DNA of 64,000 nt, taken from Gammaproteobacteria bacterium (lineage in GTDB: Bacteria; Pseudomonadota; Gammaproteobacteria; Poriferisulfidales; GCA-002705445). The DNA lies in contig JABGXU010000007.1 in assembly GCA_018675635.1 (NCBI GenBank), positions 129,366 through 193,365 of the forward strand, in the 5' to 3' direction. The notes below the pieces were generated by a model. That model did no database searches, was not told where the DNA came from, and saw only the letters and a list, made by a program, of their open reading frames with translations. Position numbers and translations under genes: made by a program. The number at the start of each line of letters is the position of its first letter. Positions within the stretch are counted from its first letter, which is position 1. Shown here piece after piece: positions 1 through 8,120 of the stretch.

Positions 1-3
1 TTT

Positions 4-894
4 ATGTCGGCTAATAAATTAATTGATTTTAGTGATATAGACGTTGCAAAAAAAATGGCAATACTAAATATTGAAGCAAAAAATTATATTGATGCAATTA
101 CTTTTATAAATTCTATTAAAGATAAAAATATAAATGGTTATAATTATCTTAATGGAGTTATTAATATAAAAAAAGAAAATTATAAGAAGGCTGAGTCCTA
201 CCTTTTAAAAATAGAGCAAACCGACAATAATTATATTAATTCAATAAAAGAAATATCAAAAATAAAAATTATAAATAAGGAGATAAGTTTATTAAAAAGT
301 TTTTTTGCAGAACAATATAAAAGGGCTGAAGATAATAAAGATTTAGATATGAGATTAATTTTGTTGGAAACAGAAATATTTTTTAGTGAGAAATATTATA
401 AATATGCTATGAAAAGAATAAATTATGGTTTAGAAAAATATGAGAATAATGGTGCTTTTTTATACACAAGAGCTTTAGTCGCAGAGCAAATAGATCGTTT
501 AGATATTTTAGAAAATGATTTAAAGAAAGTTATATCAATGGACCCAAATAATGCACAAGCACTTAATGCTTTGGGATATACATGGGCAAATAAAAATATA
601 AATCTAAAAGAAGCGAGCAAATTTATTGATGAAGCATTATTATTAAAACCTAATGATGCTTCAATATTAGATAGCAAAGGATGGGTTTTATACAAAATGG
701 GTAAGTATGATGAATCTGAAAGTTATTTTAAAAAAGCATTAAAAATAAATAAAGATACAGAGATAGTTAGTCATTATGTGCAATTATTAATAAAATTAAA
801 AAAAATAAAAGAAGCTGAGAAAATATATCAAAAATATTTAAAAATTACACCTGAAGATGAAAAATTAAATGAGCTAAAAAATTTATTTCAATGA
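4..894 (+). CDS. Tetratricopeptide-repeat protein (C-terminal part; probably truncated by the window edge)
   Basis: TPR motifs (NAQALNALGYTWA, ILDSKGWVLYKMGKY); conserved position upstream of lolB-ispE; frame open to base 1. Confidence 0.85.
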   Translation: MSANKLIDFSDIDVAKKMAILNIEAKNYIDAITFINSIKDKNINGYNYLNGVINIKKENYKKAESYLLKIEQTDNNYINSIKEISKIKIINKEISLLKSFFAEQYKRAEDNKDLDMRLILLETEIFFSEKYYKYAMKRINYGLEKYENNGAFLYTRALVAEQIDRLDILENDLKKVISMDPNNAQALNALGYTWANKNINLKEASKFIDEALLLKPNDASILDSKGWVLYKMGKYDESESYFKKALKINKDTEIVSHYVQLLIKLKKIKEAEKIYQKYLKITPEDEKLNELKNLFQ

Positions 895-1457
895 AAAACA
901 CAATAATAATATTATTTTTTTCTATTTTACTTTTATGTGGTTGTTCAAATAATAAGTATTATGAAATCAAAAGATCAGATAGCAAACAAGAGGTGGCTTT
1001 AAAAAATTTTTTAGTTAATGGCATTATTAAGTTTTACGCAGATGATAAAAAAATTTCTTCTAGAATTAATTTTATAAAAAATGACAAAGTAAATATAATT
1101 GAATTTTTAGATTTATTCAATAATACAGTGGTATCGTTCCAAATAATTTCTGGAAATATTGAAATCAAAGAATGGAAAAAAAATGTAGATTTTAAAGCAT
1201 TAGAAGAAGTTATTAATAAACCAATTTTTAAGAATATTATTTTAAATTTATCAAATATATTAACTAATAACATAAATGATAAAACTAGCTTTACTAAGTA
1301 TAAAAATAATATGTACAAAAATATAGAAACTTCAACATATAAGGTTCATTATAAAAGATATAAAATTTATAATGGAAAAATTGTTCCTGTTGACATGGAT
1401 ATAAGTTTTTCTAACATAAAATTTAACTTTAAAGTGAATAATTGGGAATTTAATTGA
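891..1457 (+). CDS. lolB: Divergent LolB-like outer-membrane lipoprotein receptor
   Basis: Lipobox LLCGC, ~190 aa, C-terminal KVNNW, position between TPR gene and ispE; sequence very divergent. Confidence 0.6.
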   Translation: MKNTIIILFFSILLLCGCSNNKYYEIKRSDSKQEVALKNFLVNGIIKFYADDKKISSRINFIKNDKVNIIEFLDLFNNTVVSFQIISGNIEIKEWKKNVDFKALEEVINKPIFKNIILNLSNILTNNINDKTSFTKYKNNMYKNIETSTYKVHYKRYKIYNGKIVPVDMDISFSNIKFNFKVNNWEFN

Positions 1458-2273
1458 ATGAGTGTTTTAAAATCCCCTGCAAAAATTAATTTATTTTTAA
1501 ATATTATTGATAAGAGAGTAGATAATTTTCATAATATTGAAACCTATTTTCAATTAGTAAGTTTATACGATTATATATCCTTAGATATTATTGACGGAAC
1601 TAAAATTGAAATAAAATCAAATCAAAAATCTTTGGCTAATCACAATAATATATGTGTTAAGGCTGCTGAATTACTTAGAGAAGATGTGGGTATTAAATTA
1701 AATACTTCGATATGTCTTATTAAAAATATACCAATAGGTGGAGGCCTTGGAGGCGGTAGCTCAAATGCTGCTACTGTTCTCTTAGGTTTAAATGATTTAT
1801 GGAAATGTAATTTATCAAAAAAACGCCTTTTAAATTTAGGGGAGAAATTGGGATCAGATGTTCCATTATTTATAAATGGTTATTCTGCTTTCGGAGAAGG
1901 AACTGGTATATCTCTTACTAAAATCAAATACTTTTCAAAAAAACAATATATTTTAATCATTAACCCAGGAATTCATGTCTCTTCTAAAATTATGTATTCA
2001 AAATATATAATTAATGATTGTATTAAGCGTGTAAATTTAGATAATATGCTTCACCACATTGGTTTTAATAGTTTTGAGGATTTATTGTGTAAAGAGCACC
2101 CTGAAATTAAAGAACTTCTAGATATATTAAGAGAACAAGGCATCGGCGCAGTATCTGGTTCTGGAAGTTGTATATTTTCTGTTTTTGAGGATGAAAATCA
2201 GGCAAAATATGTAAGTGAGCTTGTGCCAAAAAAATACCAGACTTATATTGTGCATAGCTTAGATAGAATATAA
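1458..2273 (+). CDS. ispE: 4-diphosphocytidyl-2-C-methyl-D-erythritol kinase
   Basis: SPAKINLFL, IPIGGGLGGGSSNAA, LGSDVP, SGSGS motifs. Confidence 0.97.
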   Translation: MSVLKSPAKINLFLNIIDKRVDNFHNIETYFQLVSLYDYISLDIIDGTKIEIKSNQKSLANHNNICVKAAELLREDVGIKLNTSICLIKNIPIGGGLGGGSSNAATVLLGLNDLWKCNLSKKRLLNLGEKLGSDVPLFINGYSAFGEGTGISLTKIKYFSKKQYILIINPGIHVSSKIMYSKYIINDCIKRVNLDNMLHHIGFNSFEDLLCKEHPEIKELLDILREQGIGAVSGSGSCIFSVFEDENQAKYVSELVPKKYQTYIVHSLDRI

Positions 2274-2293
2274 CTTATATAAAATGTTAATAT

Positions 2294-2368
2294 TGGGCCG
2301 TCGCCAAGAGGTTAAGGCATCGGGTTTTGATCCCGACATCGTAGGTTCGATTCCTACCGGCCCAGCCA
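2294..2368 (+). tRNA. tRNA-Gln(TTG)
   Basis: Acceptor TGGGCCG/CGGCCCA, anticodon arm TCGGG-TTTTGAT-CCCGA, GGTTCGATTCC T-loop, encoded CCA; canonical ispE-tRNA-prs position. Confidence 0.97.
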
Positions 2369-2455
2369 TTTTATATTTTTACTTCTTTTTTGACCATTTT
2401 GTATTATCATTACGAATAATTAATATTAAATATTTTTAATTTCTTAAGGCGAGTC

Positions 2456-3412
2456 ATGTCAGATTTCGAAAGTTTAAAGATCTTTACAGGTAATTCTAAT
2501 AAAGAGTTAACCAAAAAGATTGCAAAAAAAATAGGTATCCCACTCGGAAAAGCATTAGTAGGAAGATTTAGTGACGGTGAAGTTCAAATAGAGCTTCATG
2601 AAGACGTTCGAGGAAAAGATGTTTTTGTAATTCAATCAACATGTCATCCTACAGATGAGAATCTCATGGAATTACTTATTTTAGTTGATGCATTAAAACG
2701 ATCTTCTGCAGCAAGAGTTACGACTGTTGTTCCTTATTTTGGTTATTCTCGACAAGATAGAAGAGTTCGTTCAATGAGGGTTCCAATATCTGCAAAAGTT
2801 GTAGCAAATTTAATTAGCACTGTTGGAACAGACAGAGTTTTAACAGTAGATCTTCATTCTGACCAAGAACAAGGTTTTTTTGATATTCCGGTTGATAATA
2901 TTTATGCTTCGCCAATTTTAATATCTGATATGTGGAAAAAGAAATATCCAAATATTGTTATTGTATCTCCCGACACAGGAGGTGTGGTTAGAGCAAGAGC
3001 AGTTGCAAAACAATTAGGAATTGATGGGTTAGCAATTGTTGACAAAAGAAGAGAAAAAGCAAACGAATCTGAGGTTATGAATATTATTGGAGATGTGAGC
3101 TCAAAAACTTGTTTAATAATTGATGATATGGTTGATACTGCAGGAACACTTGCGAAAGCATCTGTTGCTTTAAAAGAACAAGGAGCAAATGCCGTTATGG
3201 CATATGCAACTCATCCGGTATTATCTGGTACAGCAATTAATAATATAGAGGAGTCTGAAATAGATGAGTTAGTTGTTACTGATACTATTCAGCTGTCAGC
3301 TGAAGCGCAAAAATCAAAAAAAATTAGACAATTATCTGTTTCAAATTTATTAGCTGAATCAATTATAAGGGTGCATACTGAAGAGTCATTAAGTTCTTTA
3401 TTTACAGAATAA
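2456..3412 (+). CDS. prs: Ribose-phosphate pyrophosphokinase
   Basis: [32 protein letters not shown] motifs. Confidence 0.98.
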   Translation: MSDFESLKIFTGNSNKELTKKIAKKIGIPLGKALVGRFSDGEVQIELHEDVRGKDVFVIQSTCHPTDENLMELLILVDALKRSSAARVTTVVPYFGYSRQDRRVRSMRVPISAKVVANLISTVGTDRVLTVDLHSDQEQGFFDIPVDNIYASPILISDMWKKKYPNIVIVSPDTGGVVRARAVAKQLGIDGLAIVDKRREKANESEVMNIIGDVSSKTCLIIDDMVDTAGTLAKASVALKEQGANAVMAYATHPVLSGTAINNIEESEIDELVVTDTIQLSAEAQKSKKIRQLSVSNLLAESIIRVHTEESLSSLFTE

Positions 3413-3497
3413 AAAAATCTTGTTCTTATAGCGAAATTAATTGATAATACGCGCTCTTAAAATATATAGAAAATAATATAAATATATAGAAAATAAT

Positions 3498-4259
3498 ATG
3501 GAATTTATAATAACCGCAGAAAAACGTGATAGAAAAGGTACATCTTCTTCTAGAAATATTCGAAGAGAAGGATTGGTGCCTGGAATAATATACGGCGCAA
3601 ACACCAAAGAAGAAATCATTTCTCTTAAAAAACATGAAGTTGCTAAAAATCTAGAAAATGAAGGTTTTTATAGTCAAGTATTAGATATAGTTATTGATGG
3701 TGCAAAACAACAAGTAATTCTAAGGGATATACAAAGACATCCTAGTAAAAAAGAAATACTTCATATGGATTTTCAAAGAATTAAGGCTGACCAAAAAATT
3801 AATGTGGTTATTCCAATAAATTTTGTTAATGAAGATATTGCTCCTGGAGTAAAAGTTGATGGTGGAATTATAAGTCATTTAATAACAGAATTAGAAATAC
3901 TTTGTTTGCCTGCTGATATTCCAGAAAATATAACTGTTGATCTGGTAAATTTAGAATTAGATCATCCAATTCATTTGACAGAATTAGAGATTCCAAAAGG
4001 TGTTGAACTTACATTGCTCGCACACGAAGATGATACAGATATGGCTGTTGTTGTTATTCATCAAGCAAAAGTAGTTGAAGAAGAGGAAGATCTTACTGAA
4101 GCACCTGAAGCATCTGAAGTTCCATCAGACCAAAAAGATGAAAATGAAGATGAAGAATCTGATGAAAGTAAAGATGGTAAAGGTAAAGATGGTAAAGGTA
4201 AAGATAGTAAAGATAGTAAAGGTAAAGATAGTAAAGATAGTAAAGAAACTAAAGAATAA
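3498..4259 (+). CDS. rplY: 50S ribosomal protein L25/CTC with long charged C-terminal tail
   Basis: RREGLVPGIIYG, QRHP, HMDFQR motifs; prs-rplY-pth-ychF synteny. Confidence 0.96.
   Translation: MEFIITAEKRDRKGTSSSRNIRREGLVPGIIYGANTKEEIISLKKHEVAKNLENEGFYSQVLDIVIDGAKQQVILRDIQRHPSKKEILHMDFQRIKADQKINVVIPINFVNEDIAPGVKVDGGIISHLITELEILCLPADIPENITVDLVNLELDHPIHLTELEIPKGVELTLLAHEDDTDMAVVVIHQAKVVEEEEDLTEAPEASEVPSDQKDENEDEESDESKDGKGKDGKGKDSKDSKGKDSKDSKETKE
4167..4256 (+). repeat. In-frame low-complexity tandem repeat (AAAGAT/GGT/AGT units) encoding KDGKG/KDS
   Basis: aaagatggtaaaggt x2 followed by repeated aaagatagt units, read directly. Confidence 0.9.
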
Positions 4260-4277
4260 AAATCTATTTATAGCCCT

Positions 4278-4874
4278 ATGTCAAATAATGATAAAGGAAG
4301 TTTTCCAAAAATAAAACTAGTTGTTGGTTTAGGGAATCCACAAAAAAATCTACTTAATACTAGGCATAACGCTGGGTACTGGTATTTGGAAAAATTTTTA
4401 GAAAAGTTTAATGTAAAATTAGCCGAAGAAAAAAAACTTAATAGTTTTTTGTCAAAAATTGAACACAACAATAATCAAATATTTTTACTTAAATCTACCT
4501 TTTTTATTAATGATAGCGGAAAGTCAATTTCAAGTTTCTTAAAGTATTATAAAATTGAATGTGAAAGTATTTTAATTATTCATGATGATATTGATCTTAA
4601 TGCTGGCGACATAAGATTAAAATTTGGAGGTGGTCATGGTGGGCATAATGGCCTTAGAGATGTTATAAATCACATTGGAAAAGATTATTGGAGACTTAGG
4701 ATTGGAGTTGGTCATCCTGGGGAAAAATCATTAGTACATAACTATGTATTAAATAATCCTTCAAAAGAAGATGATATAAAAATAAATATGTCTATAAAAG
4801 ATTCTTTCGAATCTATAGATATTTTATTAGATGGTGAATATGAAAAATTCACTAAATTATTACATACGAGGTAA
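4278..4874 (+). CDS. pth: Peptidyl-tRNA hydrolase
   Basis: VGLGNP, TRHNAG, HDDIDL, GGHNGL, RLRIGVG motifs. Confidence 0.97.
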   Translation: MSNNDKGSFPKIKLVVGLGNPQKNLLNTRHNAGYWYLEKFLEKFNVKLAEEKKLNSFLSKIEHNNNQIFLLKSTFFINDSGKSISSFLKYYKIECESILIIHDDIDLNAGDIRLKFGGGHGGHNGLRDVINHIGKDYWRLRIGVGHPGEKSLVHNYVLNNPSKEDDIKINMSIKDSFESIDILLDGEYEKFTKLLHTR

Positions 4875-4877
4875 AAC

Positions 4878-5963
4878 ATGGGTTTTAAATGTGGCATTGT
4901 TGGTTTGCCAAATGTTGGGAAATCAACCCTATTCAATGCGCTAACAAAAAATGAAGTTGCTGCTGAAAATTATCCCTTTTGTACAATTGATCCAAATGTT
5001 GGAATAGTTGAAGTTAATGACAAAAGATTGAATCAATTAGCAGATATTGATAATCCAAAAAAAATAATTCCTGCTGTTATTGAATTTGTTGATATAGCTG
5101 GGTTAGTTGCTGGAGCATCTGAGGGAGAAGGATTAGGCAATAAATTCTTAGCTAATGTTAGAGAAACAGATGCAATTGCACATGTCGTAAGGTGTTTTGA
5201 AGATAAAAATATTACACATGTTTCAGGAAAAATAGACCCTATATCTGATATACAAACAATTAATACTGAATTAATGCTATCAGATTTAGCAATTGTAGAA
5301 AAAAGTTTAGCAAGATTAAAAAAATTATCAAAAACTGGCAATAAAGAAATTCTTTCAGAATTAAAAATACTAGAAGAGATCGAAGAAGAATTAAACAAAG
5401 GTAATTTTTTAGAACAAATATATAATAAAAATAAAGAGCTTCTTAAGCAATATAATTTTTTAACAGCAAAACCATTTTTTTTAATTTTAAATGTAGCCGA
5501 CGATGAAATTAAAGGAAATAAATATACTGAAGAAGTTGTAAAATACTGCAACAATAAAAATATTTCTTACATAATTATTTCAGCAAATATAGAGTATGAA
5601 TTATCGTTGATGAGTATCGATGAGAAAAAAGAATATTTTGAATTATACTCTCTTGAAAAATCTGGAATAGATAGAGTAGCTAAACATGGTTATGATATTT
5701 TAAATTTAAGCACATTTTTTACCTCTGGCCCCACAGAAACACGAGCTTGGACAATACAAAAAAATATGTTGGCCCCAGAAGCTGCTGGTAAAATCCATAC
5801 TGATTTTCAAAAGGGTTTTATTAGAGCTGAAGTTATATCATTCAATGATTATATTGAGCTTCAAGGCTCTGTAAATGCCAAGAATGAAGGAAAAATGAGA
5901 CTTGAGGGTAAAGAATATAAAGTTGCAGAAGGAGATATTGTTGTATTTAGGTACAACGTTTAA
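4878..5963 (+). CDS. ychF: Ribosome-binding ATPase YchF
   Basis: GIVGLPNVGKST, NYPFCTIDPN, DIAGLV, GFIRAEV motifs. Confidence 0.98.
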   Translation: MGFKCGIVGLPNVGKSTLFNALTKNEVAAENYPFCTIDPNVGIVEVNDKRLNQLADIDNPKKIIPAVIEFVDIAGLVAGASEGEGLGNKFLANVRETDAIAHVVRCFEDKNITHVSGKIDPISDIQTINTELMLSDLAIVEKSLARLKKLSKTGNKEILSELKILEEIEEELNKGNFLEQIYNKNKELLKQYNFLTAKPFFLILNVADDEIKGNKYTEEVVKYCNNKNISYIIISANIEYELSLMSIDEKKEYFELYSLEKSGIDRVAKHGYDILNLSTFFTSGPTETRAWTIQKNMLAPEAAGKIHTDFQKGFIRAEVISFNDYIELQGSVNAKNEGKMRLEGKEYKVAEGDIVVFRYNV

Positions 5964-5988
5964 GTTATAATGTTTTTTTTAAAGTTTT

Positions 5989-6065
5989 GGCTATGTAGCT
6001 CAGATGGTTAGAGCGCAGCACTCATAACGCTGAGGTCGGCGGTTCAATTCCACCCATAGCCACCA
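5989..6065 (+). tRNA. tRNA-Met(CAT), elongator type
   Basis: GGCTATG/CATAGCC acceptor stem, CTCATAA anticodon loop, GGTTCAATTCC, encoded CCA; lacks initiator features. Confidence 0.95.
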
Positions 6066-6128
6066 AGCGTTTACATTAATAAATCGCTATGAGAGTATTG
6101 ATATTAATAAATATTAGCTTATAGAATT

Positions 6129-6434
6129 ATGTTTGAATGGATACTTTATACAATTTTTTTCTTTTTAGTTGCCGGCTCGATTGCTGGAGTTGAAGAAAAG
6201 AACTTATGCAGATTTAAGTTTGATTCTAAATTAAAACCAAAAGAAAACCCAAAAGACAATGCTAGAATGTATTTAGCCTACGTTTTTTTTGCCGATGCGC
6301 AATCTTGTTACGTAAATTATAATGCTTATGGATTAGAAGAAGTACTCTTTGGCTTTGCAGCTTCTATGATAGGTTTTGGCCCATTAGCATACGGCTTAGG
6401 TTACCTCATAAGAAAAAATAATCTTCCAAAATAA
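6129..6434 (+). CDS. Hypothetical membrane protein
   Basis: 101-aa ORF with N- and C-terminal hydrophobic segments; no family recognised. Confidence 0.6.
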   Translation: MFEWILYTIFFFLVAGSIAGVEEKNLCRFKFDSKLKPKENPKDNARMYLAYVFFADAQSCYVNYNAYGLEEVLFGFAASMIGFGPLAYGLGYLIRKNNLPK

Positions 6435-6451
6435 GAAATGTTTAAAACTTT

Positions 6452-6464
6452 CATAGCCACCAAG
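6452..6464 (+). repeat. 13-bp direct repeat of the tRNA-Met 3' end (att-like)
   Basis: CATAGCCACCAAG identical at 6055-6067 and 6452-6464. Confidence 0.8.
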
Positions 6465-6507
6465 TTTTTTTGAGCACTTGCTGTAGCGGCTTACTTGATT
6501 TTCTATA

Positions 6508-7548
6508 TTATTCGAACCACTTGAACCACTTGAACCACTTATCTTTTTTAATAGGTCCTATTGTATCTTTTTTAATAGGTCCTATTGAAAATGTTTCGTC
6601 TGATACCTCGTAAAAGTCACTCATCTCGCATGGAAACGTATACTCATCAGATTTACTTATATTACACAACCCTGCTAATCTTTTGAGATTTCTGTTATAA
6701 AGCTCATCATAATCAAATTTTTCATTAGTTTTTAATCCGCCATCTAAAACTGGAAACCATGGGTACCAGCTATTTACACCGGTATAATTTAGCTTAGTGT
6801 CGGTAATGAAGTCACACATAATATCGATCTCAATAGTTGGTCGGCCAACACAATCTTCAGAGCTATAGGCCTGATGTGCACACAAACTGTTTTCAAATAA
6901 TAACCAGGAACCTGGCTTCAAATCTATAATAATTTCATTTCCATTTTTATCTATAAGGTTTGTTGAACCTATATTTTTATTAGCTCCATCTGGGAAAAAG
7001 AATAATTTTTTGTAGCCTAAAGCCTGGGCATCTTTATGGAAACCTTGCGTTCTCTCTACTGGTTTAACTTCGAAAATTCTACACGATGCTACTTTCCAAT
7101 AAAATTGGTTTTCTTTCTCAATCAAAATTTTTAATGGGTCTAATAACTCAGGAAATTTATTAAAGAAAAATTCACTAGGCTGGAAATAATTATTCACTCT
7201 CTCCATATCTCTATGAAGATTTTCTCTGGGCTCGTAGAAATAGTCAAAACTAAACTCAAAAGGATCAAGAGGTATTTGTTTACAACTTGAAAAAATTTCT
7301 TTTAATAATAATGATTCTTTTTCGTTTAATTCACCTGTAATGTAACCATTCTTTTCTAGAGATGAAGGTTGATCAAAGGGTTGATTGCTTTCTTTATAGA
7401 ATTTCTTTGCGTTATAATAATGAACGTCCCATAGCATTTTAGACATAATTGCCTTGTTTTTAAATAAGGTTGCGTGCTCTGGCAACCTAGAGTCATAACT
7501 AAGCTGTTCAATTTCGTTTAAGTATTTTTTTAGATTTTTTTCATGCAT
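6508..7548 (-). CDS. Hypothetical protein with possible 2OG-Fe(II)/PhyH-like dioxygenase core
   Basis: FHKD ... GSWLLFENSLCAHQA ... RPTIEIDI spacing resembles HxD...H...R; family call is inference. Confidence 0.5.
   Translation of the reverse strand: MHEKNLKKYLNEIEQLSYDSRLPEHATLFKNKAIMSKMLWDVHYYNAKKFYKESNQPFDQPSSLEKNGYITGELNEKESLLLKEIFSSCKQIPLDPFEFSFDYFYEPRENLHRDMERVNNYFQPSEFFFNKFPELLDPLKILIEKENQFYWKVASCRIFEVKPVERTQGFHKDAQALGYKKLFFFPDGANKNIGSTNLIDKNGNEIIIDLKPGSWLLFENSLCAHQAYSSEDCVGRPTIEIDIMCDFITDTKLNYTGVNSWYPWFPVLDGGLKTNEKFDYDELYNRNLKRLAGLCNISKSDEYTFPCEMSDFYEVSDETFSIGPIKKDTIGPIKKDKWFKWFKWFE
6514..6587. repeat. Adjacent tandem repeats: 9 bp x3 (GAACCACTT) and 24 bp x2 (TATCTTTTTTAATAGGTCCTATTG)
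   Basis: Perfect copies at 6514-6540 and 6540-6587; encode the IGPIKKD(T) x2 and KWF x3 C-terminus of the 346-aa ORF. Confidence 0.92.
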
Positions 7549-7581
7549 TTCTTTTGCGTTTAGTACGCCTAGTTTTTTTGT

Positions 7582-7683
7582 CTATAGTTTATGTGGCATC
7601 AGTCCACGATAATATAGTCTTCTATATTGACCATTAATTTTTCTATTTGGGTGAGCTGCCATTATTTTTGCAAGTGTGTACAT
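7582..7683 (-). CDS. Small basic protein, 33 aa (MYTLAKIMAAHPNRKINGQYRRLYYRGLMPHKL); absent from the ORF track
   Basis: AAGGAGG SD at 7694-7688, ATG at 7683, TAG at 7584-7582; candidate promoter upstream. Confidence 0.65.
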   Translation of the reverse strand: MYTLAKIMAAHPNRKINGQYRRLYYRGLMPHKL

Positions 7684-7776
7684 GTTGCCTCCTTAATATT
7701 TAGATAAAGTAAGCTTTTCTCCCATGCTTTATGGTTATGTAAAAAGTCCAGCGGTCTAGGCTCAATACTTGTAATT

Positions 7777-7806
7777 ATTGTAAACGGTTTCTCAGATTTT
7801 TTGCAA
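7777..7806 (-). promoter_or_regulatory. Candidate sigma70 promoter for the 33-aa ORF
   Basis: Minus strand TTGCAA-N18-TACAAT. Confidence 0.5.
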
Positions 7807-7873
7807 GTTTTTTTTCATTTTGTGGGAAAAGAGCAATAAAATAAAAAATATGTTATTTATAATTTTTTTATAC

Positions 7874-7879
7874 TATAAT
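7874..7879 (+). promoter_or_regulatory. Candidate -10 box of the urt-ure operon promoter
   Basis: Perfect TATAAT about 15 nt upstream of the first ANTAR hairpin; no convincing -35. Confidence 0.45.
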
Positions 7880-7894
7880 ATGCATAGTTGTTTC

Positions 7895-7930
7895 TTCAGC
7901 GGTGAAAAAACGATGTGAATAATGAGGTTC
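7895..7930 (+). promoter_or_regulatory. ANTAR twin-hairpin RNA motif 1
   Basis: TTC-AGCGGT-GAA, 10-nt linker, GAAT-AATGAG-GTTC; both hexaloops have A1 and G4. Confidence 0.7.
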
Positions 7931-7968
7931 GTATGTTGCTATTTGAGAGCATTACGGACTTTTTTTTT
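7925..7968 (+). terminator. Intrinsic terminator (attenuator) in the urtA leader
   Basis: GTTCGTA(7927-7933)/TACGGAC(7953-7959) extended by TGTT/AGCA, then T9; left arm shared with ANTAR hairpin 2. Confidence 0.8.
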
Positions 7969-7985
7969 GCGTAATCAAAACTCGA

Positions 7986-8032
7986 CCGTATGTATCAATG
8001 ATGATTACATATGGTTTTAAACATTGAAGTTT
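7986..8032 (+). promoter_or_regulatory. ANTAR twin-hairpin RNA motif 2
   Basis: ATC-AATGAT-GAT (extendable to an 11-bp stem 7986-8014) then AAAC-ATTGAA-GTTT; both hexaloops have A1 and G4. Confidence 0.7.
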
Positions 8033-8120
8033 TTATTTTATTTGATTATCAAATAACGCACATGCTTTTCTTGACTACAAGAAAATTATGAAATTATTTA
8101 AATTTAAAATAGGATTAAAA

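Noticed and set aside
4075..4314. 79-aa Lys/Val/Met-rich ORF
   Set aside because: Alternative frame of the rplY tail repeat; no independent evidence.
6514..6587. Short repeats as a possible CRISPR array
   Set aside because: Head-to-tail with no spacers, in frame within a CDS, no cas genes.
8088..8120. Longer urtA start at 8088
   Set aside because: ATG 8121 has an SD and gives a normal signal peptide; 8088 lacks an SD.
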